From: a virus
Lineage: Duplodnaviria; Caudoviricetes
Length of the DNA: 42,974 nucleotides
Virus record (IMG/VR): IMGVR_UViG_3300022177_000066
Span: 1-42,974 of that record
Direction: 5' to 3' (one strand)
The notes beneath the pieces are model-generated. The model saw only the letters and a program-made list of their open reading frames with translations. It did no database searches and was not told the DNA's origin. Shown here one piece after another: positions 1 to 8,429 of the stretch. The translations under genes were made by a program, and so were the position numbers. Numbering within the stretch: the first letter of the stretch is position 1; each line of letters starts with the position of its first letter.

Positions 1-7
1 AACAGAT

Positions 8-48
8 GCCTCCTCTTACAATTTCACTGTATATGATTATACCATATT
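8..48 (-). promoter_or_regulatory. Extended -10 promoter and RBS for a gene starting left of the window
   Basis: Minus strand TGGTATAAT (36-44) followed by GAGGAGGC (8-15). Confidence 0.5.
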
Positions 49-144
49 GAAGTATTTATATGGAATGTTTTCGGGCATTTTCAGGTCGCAACTAAAACTC
101 CACAGTATCCACTACGCTCTGCACTTCGTCGAAATTGAGATGGG

Positions 145-918
145 CTATTTGGAGCTTTTCCTCAACGGCTGAGTTAAGGCTCTTTCGATATCCCATCCTC
201 TCATCAATCTTTTCTTGAGCTGATGGTAGGTCATGCCGTAATCTGCGGCAAATTCATGAACAGTTTTGGTTATACCCTTATAGGTTAACTCTTCGTTTGT
301 ATGCGCTGGTTGGGTTATTGCTTTTTCAATGTCCCACCCTAAGTGCAGTCTGCCAAGGAGTAAGCCGTATTTAATGTTATATTTTTCAGCCGTTTCAGAT
401 AGCGTTAACGTCTCTCCGTTGTAAGCAATCAGCCGGTTTGATCTGGTGTTGTTGGCTTGTGTTTTCATGTCCACCCACCTGCAATTTTCTTTGCAGTAGT
501 TTCCATTATAATCTATTCTATCCAAGCTTAAATTGTCTACGTAGCCTTCTTGCATGTCGTTCCAGAAGCCCTCAAATGTTTTCCACTCATCGCAGTATGT
601 GATGCCTCTTCCGCCATAGTCCTTGTATGATTTATTGTTCGGGTTGTCGCACCTTTTTCTCATGTTCTGATAGGCTCTATGCGGTCTTGTGAATGACATC
701 CCGTGGGTAGTCCTGACTTTCTTAATGCTTTCCTGGAAATTGCAGCCACAGCTTTCAGTGTGTCCTCTCCTTACGTCTCGGCCTCTGATTACTTTTGTGT
801 TGCCACACTCGCAAAGGCATTCGTAAAACAGCTCTTTGCCCGGCCTGTCAACTTCCCTTATCACTGTAAGCTTGTTGTATTTCTTTCCTATCATTGGTAT
901 TTTGCGTGACATCTGCAC
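145..918 (-). CDS. HNH-type homing endonuclease-like protein with duplicated C-terminal DNA-binding repeat
   Basis: CLCECG and SCGC N-terminal motifs, YGGRGI, LSLDRIDYNGNYCKENCRW..Q.NN; two ~45 aa repeats ending GWDIEKAITQP and GWDIERALTQP; RBS GAGGAGG; start at 918 GTG or 912 ATG. Confidence 0.75.
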   Translation of the reverse strand: MQMSRKIPMIGKKYNKLTVIREVDRPGKELFYECLCECGNTKVIRGRDVRRGHTESCGCNFQESIKKVRTTHGMSFTRPHRAYQNMRKRCDNPNNKSYKDYGGRGITYCDEWKTFEGFWNDMQEGYVDNLSLDRIDYNGNYCKENCRWVDMKTQANNTRSNRLIAYNGETLTLSETAEKYNIKYGLLLGRLHLGWDIEKAITQPAHTNEELTYKGITKTVHEFAADYGMTYHQLKKRLMRGWDIERALTQPLRKSSK

Positions 919-919
919 C

Positions 920-976
920 GCCTCCTCAGAATAGTGGTCTATTGCTATTATACCATATTAGACCATACATTATCTA
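920..976 (-). promoter_or_regulatory. Own sigma-A promoter of the HNH gene with flanking inverted repeat
   Basis: TAGATA-18bp-TATAAT with extended TG; TGGTCTA (935-941) and TAGACCA (959-965) bracket the -10. Confidence 0.55.
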
Positions 977-1153
977 AGAACACAGTATTGTGCGTATGTT
1001 TTAATTGAATTAAGCGGAGCAATTTATGAAATATCACTTCAAAACGCTTATATTTCAATTGTGAGCAACTTTGCATCCCGGGCAAGCAAGACTATTCCGA
1101 TAGCTTTAATTCAACTCTAAAGGCGTTTCTGCGAGCCTTTTTTCAAAAAATAT

Positions 1154-1176
1154 AAAAAAGCCGGGTCTCCCCGGCT
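1154..1176 (-). terminator. Intrinsic terminator after endolysin
   Basis: AGCCGGG-gaga-CCCGGCT stem followed by a T-run on the minus strand. Confidence 0.85.
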
Positions 1177-1732
1177 ATTTGACTATCCTGTCCAGCATGG
1201 CGAACAGCTCACCCCTGGTGATCTTGTCGTCGAACCTCTTCTCGCTTATCTGGATTCCTTTGGCCTTCAGGCTCTCGAAATGCTTTTCCGCCCAGTGCGG
1301 CTCCTGCTTTTTCTCTTCGCTCACTTTTATCACCCTTCCGTTTTGTAGATCATAGTATGTAAGCCCTTGCGTGTATTGGAAATGAGGCCTGTCCTTGATG
1401 GTCTTGAAGTCTCCGCCCCATTCAAGGCCTATGCGCTTGCCTATCTCGCCGGCTTTATCGAAGAGGTCCAGCCTATCCCATGCCGGCTTTCCATTTACAA
1501 GCGGCACAATGTCGAAGGCAAGTCGGTAGTTGTGGTAGGATTGCCCGCCCTTGGCGTTAGTAACCTTCTTGCCCGGCTTAGTCCTTCCCTGGGCGTACAG
1601 GGCGTCTTGCTCCGCTATACTCCTATAGGTCTGGGTGACGAGGATATTTATCCCCGCCGCCGCACATTCGGATATGAGTTTTTCGGCTTTCTGTTGCACA
1701 TACGGATGAAGCTCTTTCAACTCTCTGCTCAT
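1175..1732 (-). CDS. Endolysin, M15 family L-Ala-D-Glu peptidase with SLH-like C-terminal tail
   Basis: TYRSIAEQDALYAQGRT, SYHNYRLAFD and DRPHFQ motifs; C-terminal HWAEKH...ITRGELFAML resembles SLH. Confidence 0.9.
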   Translation of the reverse strand: MSRELKELHPYVQQKAEKLISECAAAGINILVTQTYRSIAEQDALYAQGRTKPGKKVTNAKGGQSYHNYRLAFDIVPLVNGKPAWDRLDLFDKAGEIGKRIGLEWGGDFKTIKDRPHFQYTQGLTYYDLQNGRVIKVSEEKKQEPHWAEKHFESLKAKGIQISEKRFDDKITRGELFAMLDRIVK

Positions 1733-1742
1733 TAGTGCCCTC

Positions 1743-1988
1743 CTACGTAAGTCTTGTGGCTGCTACAGTGCTAAGTGAAGTCTTGATTTCATCCACATCG
1801 TCTTTTATGCATTCGATGGCATCTAACTTAGCAACCATTTCCTGCATCATGGTCTGGTTGTTATTTATAATGGCCTGCAGACGCTCTTCCCTTTGCCCCG
1901 AAGTCTTGAGAGTGTGCCAAAGGAGCAAGACGAACAATACCGCTGTCAATCCCTGGTTGGCCGCCATTTCAAACACTTGTGTTTCCAT
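1743..1988 (-). CDS. BhlA/UviB-family holin-like protein
   Basis: MAANQGLTAVLFVLLLWHTLK..QREERLQ pattern, one TM helix, adjacent to endolysin. Confidence 0.8.
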   Translation of the reverse strand: METQVFEMAANQGLTAVLFVLLLWHTLKTSGQREERLQAIINNNQTMMQEMVAKLDAIECIKDDVDEIKTSLSTVAATRLT

Positions 1989-1999
1989 GCAATCCCCTC

Positions 2000-2884
2000 C
2001 TATTTTTTAATAATGACTTGCTGTGTTGCCTCGTCCCACTCAATCTTTGCGCCCAGCGCCTCAGCGATGAAGCGCACAGGCACGAAAGTCCGGCTGTCCT
2101 TAATGAAAGGCGCTGTGTCTATCGGCTTTGTTTCGCCGTTGACTTCCATTGTGTCCTTGCCTATAGTCAGTTTTATCTCGTTTTGATATACCATTTCCGG
2201 CATCATCAAGACCCCCCATCCGCTTTTTTCATCCTTGCCATTATTAAGTATGTCCATACTGTTTTCCTTGATGAATTCCTTGAAGCCCTCCGGCGTGATT
2301 CTGTGGCTCTCCTTGAGAAGTGCCGCCATTCCCGCGGGAACCTGCACGGCTCCCGATGTGTGCGTAAGCGGTATGTACGTGCCCGACTTTGTGAGACTAT
2401 CGAGCCCCTCGTAGCAAAGGCCCAGCATCTTGCTGCCGTAGCTTGAGTAGTTTGCCTTGCCGTCTACGAACCTGTCGTATGCGCCTATGGCAATCCAACT
2501 TGGGTCCATGGCCGGGTAGGCGTCTATCTCCTTGCCTTCGTTGTCTGCCGAGTCAAGCATTATGCAGCCTGAGTCCCTGAGCTCTTTTGAGAGCCTCTGC
2601 AGCTCGCTGTTCCAGTTGCCCTTTCTAAGGGAGCAGCACACAACGTCCGCACCCATGTCCAGGCACTCCTGGAATGCCGCTTCGAAGCTCATGCCGCCCT
2701 TCATGACATTGAGCTCGACTATCTCACAGCCCGGGGCGACTTCCTTTATTATGCTGGCCCCGTTGTGGTGGGCGCCCTTTTCGAAGCCTATTATGGCCAC
2801 AAGCACGTCTTTGCCGGTGTAACCCAGGTCTTGCCACTTTGTGATATTGAGCCTGTCATACACATTCTTATTCTTGTTCGTCAT
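2000..2884 (-). CDS. Divergent S8 (subtilisin-like) peptidase fused to a copper-amine-oxidase N-terminal (stalk) domain
   Basis: GYTGKDVLVAII, VAPG, SADN, YPA, YSSYG, HTSGA..AGMAALL and GWG motifs; C-terminal APFIKDSRTFVPVRFIAEALGAKIEWD. Confidence 0.75.
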   Translation of the reverse strand: MTNKNKNVYDRLNITKWQDLGYTGKDVLVAIIGFEKGAHHNGASIIKEVAPGCEIVELNVMKGGMSFEAAFQECLDMGADVVCCSLRKGNWNSELQRLSKELRDSGCIMLDSADNEGKEIDAYPAMDPSWIAIGAYDRFVDGKANYSSYGSKMLGLCYEGLDSLTKSGTYIPLTHTSGAVQVPAGMAALLKESHRITPEGFKEFIKENSMDILNNGKDEKSGWGVLMMPEMVYQNEIKLTIGKDTMEVNGETKPIDTAPFIKDSRTFVPVRFIAEALGAKIEWDEATQQVIIKK

Positions 2885-2898
2885 GACTCCGCCTCCAC

Positions 2899-2926
2899 AA
2901 AAAGAGCCGCCTAAGCTTCAGGCGGC
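2899..2926 (-). terminator. Intrinsic terminator-like hairpin between tail and lysis genes
   Basis: GCCGCCT-gaagctt-AGGCGGC followed by TCTTTTT. Confidence 0.65.
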
Positions 2927-3084
2927 ACTAATATATTAACTATTGGCTGTATCTCTTCTTGCGCGAGGTCACCTTCGAGCACAAGCCCCTGAAGTTTCAC
3001 AAGCAGATAGTCCTTGTCTAAAAGCCCTGTCTCGGCCATTCGCATGAAGCTGTCTAATATTATTTCCTTTGGCGCTATAAGCAT
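2911..3084 (-). CDS. Small hypothetical protein (57 aa, MLIAPKEIILDSF...), not in ORF track
   Basis: RBS AGGAGGG, ATG 3084, TAG 2911-2913; fills the gap after the tail fibre gene. Confidence 0.7.
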   Translation of the reverse strand: MLIAPKEIILDSFMRMAETGLLDKDYLLVKLQGLVLEGDLAQEEIQPIVNILVPPEA

Positions 3085-3094
3085 ATTATCCCTC

Positions 3095-5755
3095 CTAAGA
3101 ATTAAGGACGATGAGCATCGCCACTTGGTCTTGTAACGTCATGATGTCCTTTGTGTTTTCAATCGCCTTTGCGTTTATGTCGCCTATCGAGCTTGCCTGG
3201 TTGATTGCGTACGTGCCTGTCAGTTGAGGTATGGTGCTCTCATCGGTTTTTATCGGCGCGTATATGACGAACAGCGTGGCGTCCGCAACCTCGACAGTTT
3301 TTGTTGCATCTGTATAGATTTTCACGCTCTTTGCGTCAGCCGCCAATGTGTACCTAGTGGACGGTATCTCCACATACTCGCCGCCCTCCATAGCTGTGAT
3401 TTTGTCTATTGCGGATACTGGAGTTGTCCAGCTCAAGCCTCCGCCAGCTGTGGCGTATTCGAGCATGCGCTTGAAATATGGCTCGAGATATATCGTTCCT
3501 CGCGGATAGATGCTTATAGGCGGAATATCCGGCAAGTCTGTAGTTACGGGTTGCGCCAACTGGTAAATCAACGATTTCCCTGCAAGGGCTGTTCTGGCTT
3601 GCTCTAATGTTGTACCTTTTGCGAATATGGCGTAAAAATATAGAGTGTGTGCTTCAGAAGTTATTTTCCCAATATTAGATTCAACATCGAAAGGGTAAGT
3701 TGCTGTATTATAATCGCTCAAATAAAACGCCTTTTCATTATCGCCATCAAACGCATTATAGTATTTATAGTCACTTGGCTTGCTTATCCTTGCATAAGTT
3801 ACATTTGTTACAGTTACAACATCAGCTACATCAACACTCTGTAACACACGACCTTTATTATTCCTAGTCAAACTCCAACCACTATCACCCACGCTAATTT
3901 CATCTTTAGTACCATTCGGAACGCTTCTCAAAGGCTCATCTAACGCTATAAAAGCCTCGTTTTGTTTGTAGGGTTCGTAGGCTGTTCTTGTAGTTCCCAT
4001 TTCAAGCATGACATTACTAATTTCAATCGCACCAGAGGAATCTGATTTCATTCTCAGGTAAAGCACATCTGTTGTTGGTGTTTTATATGTCAACGCATTA
4101 GTCAACACAATAGAGCCTGTGGCATCAAGTACCTGTATTTCACCCTTAGTAACAGTAGCACTCAAAATGTAGTTTTGCCCTTTTATTACCTTGACAGGAA
4201 AACTCGCTGATATACTTCCAGCGACTTGTTTTGTGGCTGGATTATACCATGATGAAGCTATTAAACCAGAAGCTGATAAAGAATTGATGCTTAGTATATT
4301 CTTCCCAACTGACCTAATCCTGCCACCGCCATAAAATGTTGATTTTAAACCATAAGCCATGTTGTTGATTTCTATGCTTGCATTTGCACCTGTTGTGTAA
4401 TCACCCTCAATGAGTGCATAAAATTCAAAATTTACATATTTCCCATCTGTTTCATTGTTGTCAATTACAAATCTAATTTGATTACTTGATATAGTGCTTT
4501 GTGTTGTTAACACAACTCTATTCATTCCTAGTACATTTGAAAGTACAGCAGAACCAAAAGCAGATGTAGCAGACATGAATAACTTGTTTGTACCTGACAC
4601 ATCATATCCAGTAACTTTATACACTAATGTGTACTGAGTGCTTGGTTTTAAGTTTACAGGTAGGGTAGCACTTTCGGAACCGTCTAACTCAACTAAATGT
4701 ATTCCACTTGCACTTTTAGTCGAACCTGTTCCGTATACTGTCCAATTTGCATAATCCACGCCATTATTGGCATAGTTAAAAAGACTTCTCCCGCCAAGTT
4801 TTGCGGTAAGTTGCCCATTAGTGATTGATGACGCGTAATCCAGATCCGCCCCAGCGTCGGATTTCCCTTTGCCGACAGCAACGATGCTTTCATTATTCGT
4901 GATGTTCGGCGTCCTCTGGGCTGTCATTACGGCGTTTAGCAGATTGTCGTATGCCGTTGTCGTGATCGTGTCTATGTGTTGCCATGCGGCCGCTGTCGAG
5001 TTGTATCTGTACATATATCCGTTATCTATGCAGCGGGTAGTCCATCCGTTTTCGGGTGCTGGGTATGTGCTTGCAATGGCGGCGAAATTTGCCACAGGTG
5101 TTTTGGGTATCACGTATGAATCCTGTATCATTTTTGTGTAGCCTTCTTGCCTAATGCCCTCTGCTGACACTCTAATGCTTTCGTTATCCTGTCTTGTGAT
5201 TTCATTTGCAAGTCTGGTATCTTCGTTGGCCTGCCTTGTTACTTCATTGGCTTCCCTGGAAGCTTCATTGGCTAGTCTTGTTGTCTCATTAGCTTGCCTG
5301 GTGGCTTCTGTGCCCAGGAATGCCGTACAGTCCGATATGAGCTGAGTCAGCACCGGGTAGTCGTCTGCATCTGCAATTGGGTTAGCCCCGTCTGTGATGT
5401 CCGCTATCACCGTGAAAGGCACCTGGATTACGCTTGTGAGCCTTTCGTTCTCAGGCCCGAACAGCGACACCTGCATGAGCACTTGCCCCTCTACGGCCAG
5501 TATGTTGCTTGCCAGCACGTACTCGCATGCTCCACTTTGTGCATCTGTTATGGTTCCCATTGCGTTGATGGACACTCCATCTGCTCTCTGGAAAGCGAAG
5601 TTCACAGTCAGCCCCGTTAGATCCACGGCCTGGGCATTCCGCTTGAATGCTATCACTACCTTGCACGACTTTGTGTCGTTTTGTACGAATGTTTTGCGTT
5701 GAAGCAGGACCGGCTTATCGAGGTCCATGGTTATGTTATAGTCATTTGTAATCAA
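3095..5755 (-). CDS. BppU-family upper baseplate / tail fibre protein
   Basis: N-terminal FVQNDT...DLTG...RADG BppU-like domain, heptad ANE.TR repeats, YEPYK motif, position at end of tail module. Confidence 0.75.
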   Translation of the reverse strand: MITNDYNITMDLDKPVLLQRKTFVQNDTKSCKVVIAFKRNAQAVDLTGLTVNFAFQRADGVSINAMGTITDAQSGACEYVLASNILAVEGQVLMQVSLFGPENERLTSVIQVPFTVIADITDGANPIADADDYPVLTQLISDCTAFLGTEATRQANETTRLANEASREANEVTRQANEDTRLANEITRQDNESIRVSAEGIRQEGYTKMIQDSYVIPKTPVANFAAIASTYPAPENGWTTRCIDNGYMYRYNSTAAAWQHIDTITTTAYDNLLNAVMTAQRTPNITNNESIVAVGKGKSDAGADLDYASSITNGQLTAKLGGRSLFNYANNGVDYANWTVYGTGSTKSASGIHLVELDGSESATLPVNLKPSTQYTLVYKVTGYDVSGTNKLFMSATSAFGSAVLSNVLGMNRVVLTTQSTISSNQIRFVIDNNETDGKYVNFEFYALIEGDYTTGANASIEINNMAYGLKSTFYGGGRIRSVGKNILSINSLSASGLIASSWYNPATKQVAGSISASFPVKVIKGQNYILSATVTKGEIQVLDATGSIVLTNALTYKTPTTDVLYLRMKSDSSGAIEISNVMLEMGTTRTAYEPYKQNEAFIALDEPLRSVPNGTKDEISVGDSGWSLTRNNKGRVLQSVDVADVVTVTNVTYARISKPSDYKYYNAFDGDNEKAFYLSDYNTATYPFDVESNIGKITSEAHTLYFYAIFAKGTTLEQARTALAGKSLIYQLAQPVTTDLPDIPPISIYPRGTIYLEPYFKRMLEYATAGGGLSWTTPVSAIDKITAMEGGEYVEIPSTRYTLAADAKSVKIYTDATKTVEVADATLFVIYAPIKTDESTIPQLTGTYAINQASSIGDINAKAIENTKDIMTLQDQVAMLIVLNS
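5154..5310 (-). repeat. 21-bp (7 aa) tandem repeats encoding a coiled-coil stalk
   Basis: EATRQAN ETTRLAN EASREAN EVTRQAN EDTRLAN EITRQDN ESIRVSA. Confidence 0.8.
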
Positions 5756-5767
5756 AAGCCTACCTCC

Positions 5768-6871
5768 TTATATGTTGGTTTTGACAGGCTTGTTAATATC
5801 CTGCTTGATTCTGTCCAGCACGTTTGGTATCTTGTCTCCGAAAGTCACCTGGAGCTCCAATCCTCTTGCTGAGTAGTTTTCAACCACCTCAGTAATTACA
5901 GTGTCCAAACGCTTGTTGAGGTCGCTGTTTACAACCGTGACCTTATAGCCCAAATCCCAATCCGTACCATACTGAAAGGCGCTGTGGGTCAACACGGTGC
6001 TTTCGAAGGTCTCTTTGATGCCAGCCTCCAGGAGTTTTTCATTCCCTCTGCTCGCAAGCTCTCCTGAATCGGCTATGTCTCTTGCATCTATGAAGCTTTC
6101 TATCCTGTCTATGCCTGTGCCTCCAGAGCCGACTTCTACAATAGTTCTGGCTACGCCTTCACCCTGACCTGCCACAAGTGCATCCGATACCAGACTATAA
6201 GTATCATATATGTAGGTCTGGTTCTTGATATCGTCATAGTCCTTGCTGAATATCACGGGAGGGTTCGCGCCGTTGTCTATTGTCACATCGAATGTCTCAG
6301 CCACATCGAATATCACTTTCTTGTTTGCCAAATCAAGATATCCGAATACGCCTATATTGTTTTCTGTGCAGATCTTCTCGACTTCATCCATCAGATTATA
6401 GTATCGGCTGTCCCAGCTTATCGTGTTGCCACGGCTCTGGTTAGGAGCGTTTTGCACAAAGCTTATGTTTCGGTCTGCATCCGCAGCACTTATCATGCTG
6501 TCTGCTATCATGTCCTTTATGACCGTTTCGGCGCTCTTGGAAGTCCTGCTCCATTGGGCCTGTCCTGCCGGCGGGATTACTATCCTCTGCTGCAATATGC
6601 TTTTTAGGCACCTGCCTCCGACTATGAGCTGCTCTCTACCGGACTCGGTTATCTCTACCCGCAGATACTTCACAATGCCGGCTTTGTGAGCGTTATTGTC
6701 GAATATCACGAAATTTTTTACCGCAAACGTATCAAGGAGCCCCTGGAAGTACGGCAGGTATATCTCGAATGTGCCTACTCCTGTGAAGCTCCTTTTGTAT
6801 ATTGCGGTTTCATATTGTTCTATGTCTGCTACAAGTTCAAAATTGCTGCTTATTACTCGTATAGGATGCAA
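5768..6871 (-). CDS. Siphovirus ReqiPepy6 Gp37-like tail/baseplate protein
   Basis: AGQGEGVAR...DRIESFIDARD, YGTDWDLGYKVTV, ITEVVE motifs. Confidence 0.8.
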   Translation of the reverse strand: MHPIRVISSNFELVADIEQYETAIYKRSFTGVGTFEIYLPYFQGLLDTFAVKNFVIFDNNAHKAGIVKYLRVEITESGREQLIVGGRCLKSILQQRIVIPPAGQAQWSRTSKSAETVIKDMIADSMISAADADRNISFVQNAPNQSRGNTISWDSRYYNLMDEVEKICTENNIGVFGYLDLANKKVIFDVAETFDVTIDNGANPPVIFSKDYDDIKNQTYIYDTYSLVSDALVAGQGEGVARTIVEVGSGGTGIDRIESFIDARDIADSGELASRGNEKLLEAGIKETFESTVLTHSAFQYGTDWDLGYKVTVVNSDLNKRLDTVITEVVENYSARGLELQVTFGDKIPNVLDRIKQDINKPVKTNI

Positions 6872-6882
6872 TCATATCACCC

Positions 6883-7293
6883 CTATTCAGGCTTTACAGG
6901 GAACTGAACGCTGTCTATATTGTCCGCTGTGACTGTCTCTGGTAAATCCCTTAATGCCTGTCTGTATACTGTGTAAGCTGTTTTGAGTTCTGAACTTATC
7001 GGTGCATCTGGGAGTTGTGTGAAGTCGCATTCTGCAAGCAGTCTGTCTCTTTGATGCCTTATTGCCGTGAGCTTTTCGCTGAATATCTTTTCTATATTCG
7101 GCTTGGATATTACATCTATAACTATTCCATTTTTCGATATTATTTCTACATCAGGCCATTCTGCTATAACTCTGTCAGCCATCGCTTTTCCTTCTGGCGT
7201 TGTTTCATCTATCACTAAATTCTGTTCATTATACCAGTCAGTATCTGGAAATGTTGAATTTCTCTCAATACATCCATCTTTTTTAATTATCAT
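6883..7293 (-). CDS. Tail fibre assembly chaperone-like protein
   Basis: IRHQRDRLLAECDFTQLPDAP..YRQALRDLP...FPVKP; start moved to ATG 7293 behind GGAGGTG. Confidence 0.8.
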   Translation of the reverse strand: MIIKKDGCIERNSTFPDTDWYNEQNLVIDETTPEGKAMADRVIAEWPDVEIISKNGIVIDVISKPNIEKIFSEKLTAIRHQRDRLLAECDFTQLPDAPISSELKTAYTVYRQALRDLPETVTADNIDSVQFPVKPE

Positions 7294-7310
7294 TATTCGT
7301 ACACCTCCCC

Positions 7311-8426
7311 CTAACCGAAAACTTTCCACGCAATTTTAATGTCATAAACCGTTCCATTGCCGTAACCATAGAACGTAACCTTCAAATCGCTGCCATCAAT
7401 TACAATAGATTTTACGTAAAATCTATTGTCTGTGGTGTTAAAAAAATCACTGTCTGACAAGTAGCTTGTAGCTTCATATGAGAAAAATTTAGTGCCGTTG
7501 TAATAACTTAAAGCCCCAACCCCTTGATTGAGATCTGTGCCAAAACTTGTTTTCAAGCTAAATGATGACCGCCCAATTATTGCTTCTCCATATCTGCCGT
7601 AAGAATTCCCTATTGGTATTGTCTTTGTTATCGTATAGTACGTACCACCCGTAAAACTAATTGTGCTTGTATAATATCCATTAGCTATAGAACGCCTGCT
7701 ATCCACATACGTTTTAACAGCTTTTTGAGTAGGAAGCAAAATGTCTGAAGTTCCTAATGCTGCGTTAATTGATGGGTATGCACCTCTTAGATAATAAGCT
7801 TCAACGGGATTGCCGCTTATAATCGCCATCAGGCTTGGATTAGCTTCAATGTCACTTATCTCTTGCGCCGTAAGTTCATTCTTAAACAATTGATACATAT
7901 AAGCTTCTTGCGGCACACTGCCTTCTGGATACCACTCAGGTTTAGTTTTGTACCTCGCATATTGCCTTTCATCGGTAATATTCGCATCAAGCACAACCCC
8001 ACTCGCTGCAGGTATAAGCACTTGTGCTATAGGTATCTCATATACTATGCTGTCTTGAGTTAGTGCTGGAGCTGTTGGCGTTTCGGCTGGCGTGCCTTTA
8101 AGGACTGTAGCTTTAATATTCCTGGCTTCCGCATTGAGGTCAAGCCTTAGCACAACCCTGTCTATCCTATTATATGTTGCATCTGCAGCATCGTGCGTGA
8201 GCGGCATAGTCGTGTCACTCTCATAGTAATGGCCGCTGATAAAAGCCCTACCCGCTTTGAGGGTAGAAGCCATGTTTGTGTCCGTGCTGTATAATTCAAG
8301 TGCATCCAGCTCCTCTGCCCACACCCCGTTTGTAACCATTGTTGCAAAGTATTCTGCAAAGTCGGCCGCGGAATATGTTCTTGCGTCTCCCTGGGTGCCG
8401 TCAAAAAATCTACTTGTTTCCGGCAA
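7311..8426 (-). CDS. Minor tail / receptor-binding structural protein
   Basis: DARTYSAADFAEYF..NGV, GRAFISG and RIDRVVLRLD..ITDER conserved N-terminal region; variable AT-rich C-terminus. Confidence 0.65.
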   Translation of the reverse strand: MPETSRFFDGTQGDARTYSAADFAEYFATMVTNGVWAEELDALELYSTDTNMASTLKAGRAFISGHYYESDTTMPLTHDAADATYNRIDRVVLRLDLNAEARNIKATVLKGTPAETPTAPALTQDSIVYEIPIAQVLIPAASGVVLDANITDERQYARYKTKPEWYPEGSVPQEAYMYQLFKNELTAQEISDIEANPSLMAIISGNPVEAYYLRGAYPSINAALGTSDILLPTQKAVKTYVDSRRSIANGYYTSTISFTGGTYYTITKTIPIGNSYGRYGEAIIGRSSFSLKTSFGTDLNQGVGALSYYNGTKFFSYEATSYLSDSDFFNTTDNRFYVKSIVIDGSDLKVTFYGYGNGTVYDIKIAWKVFG

Positions 8427-8429
8427 TCA

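Noticed and set aside
92-145. Fragment AHLNFDEVQSVVDTVEF* resembling a tyrosine recombinase C-terminus
   Set aside because: Too short, catalytic Tyr missing, no upstream remnant found
1-1150. attL site of the serine integrase
   Set aside because: The partner site lies beyond the right edge of the window and serine att cores are very short, so it cannot be assigned
3095-8426. Diversity-generating retroelement or invertible tail-fibre system
   Set aside because: No reverse transcriptase, no TR/VR pair, no small invertase or inverted cassette seen
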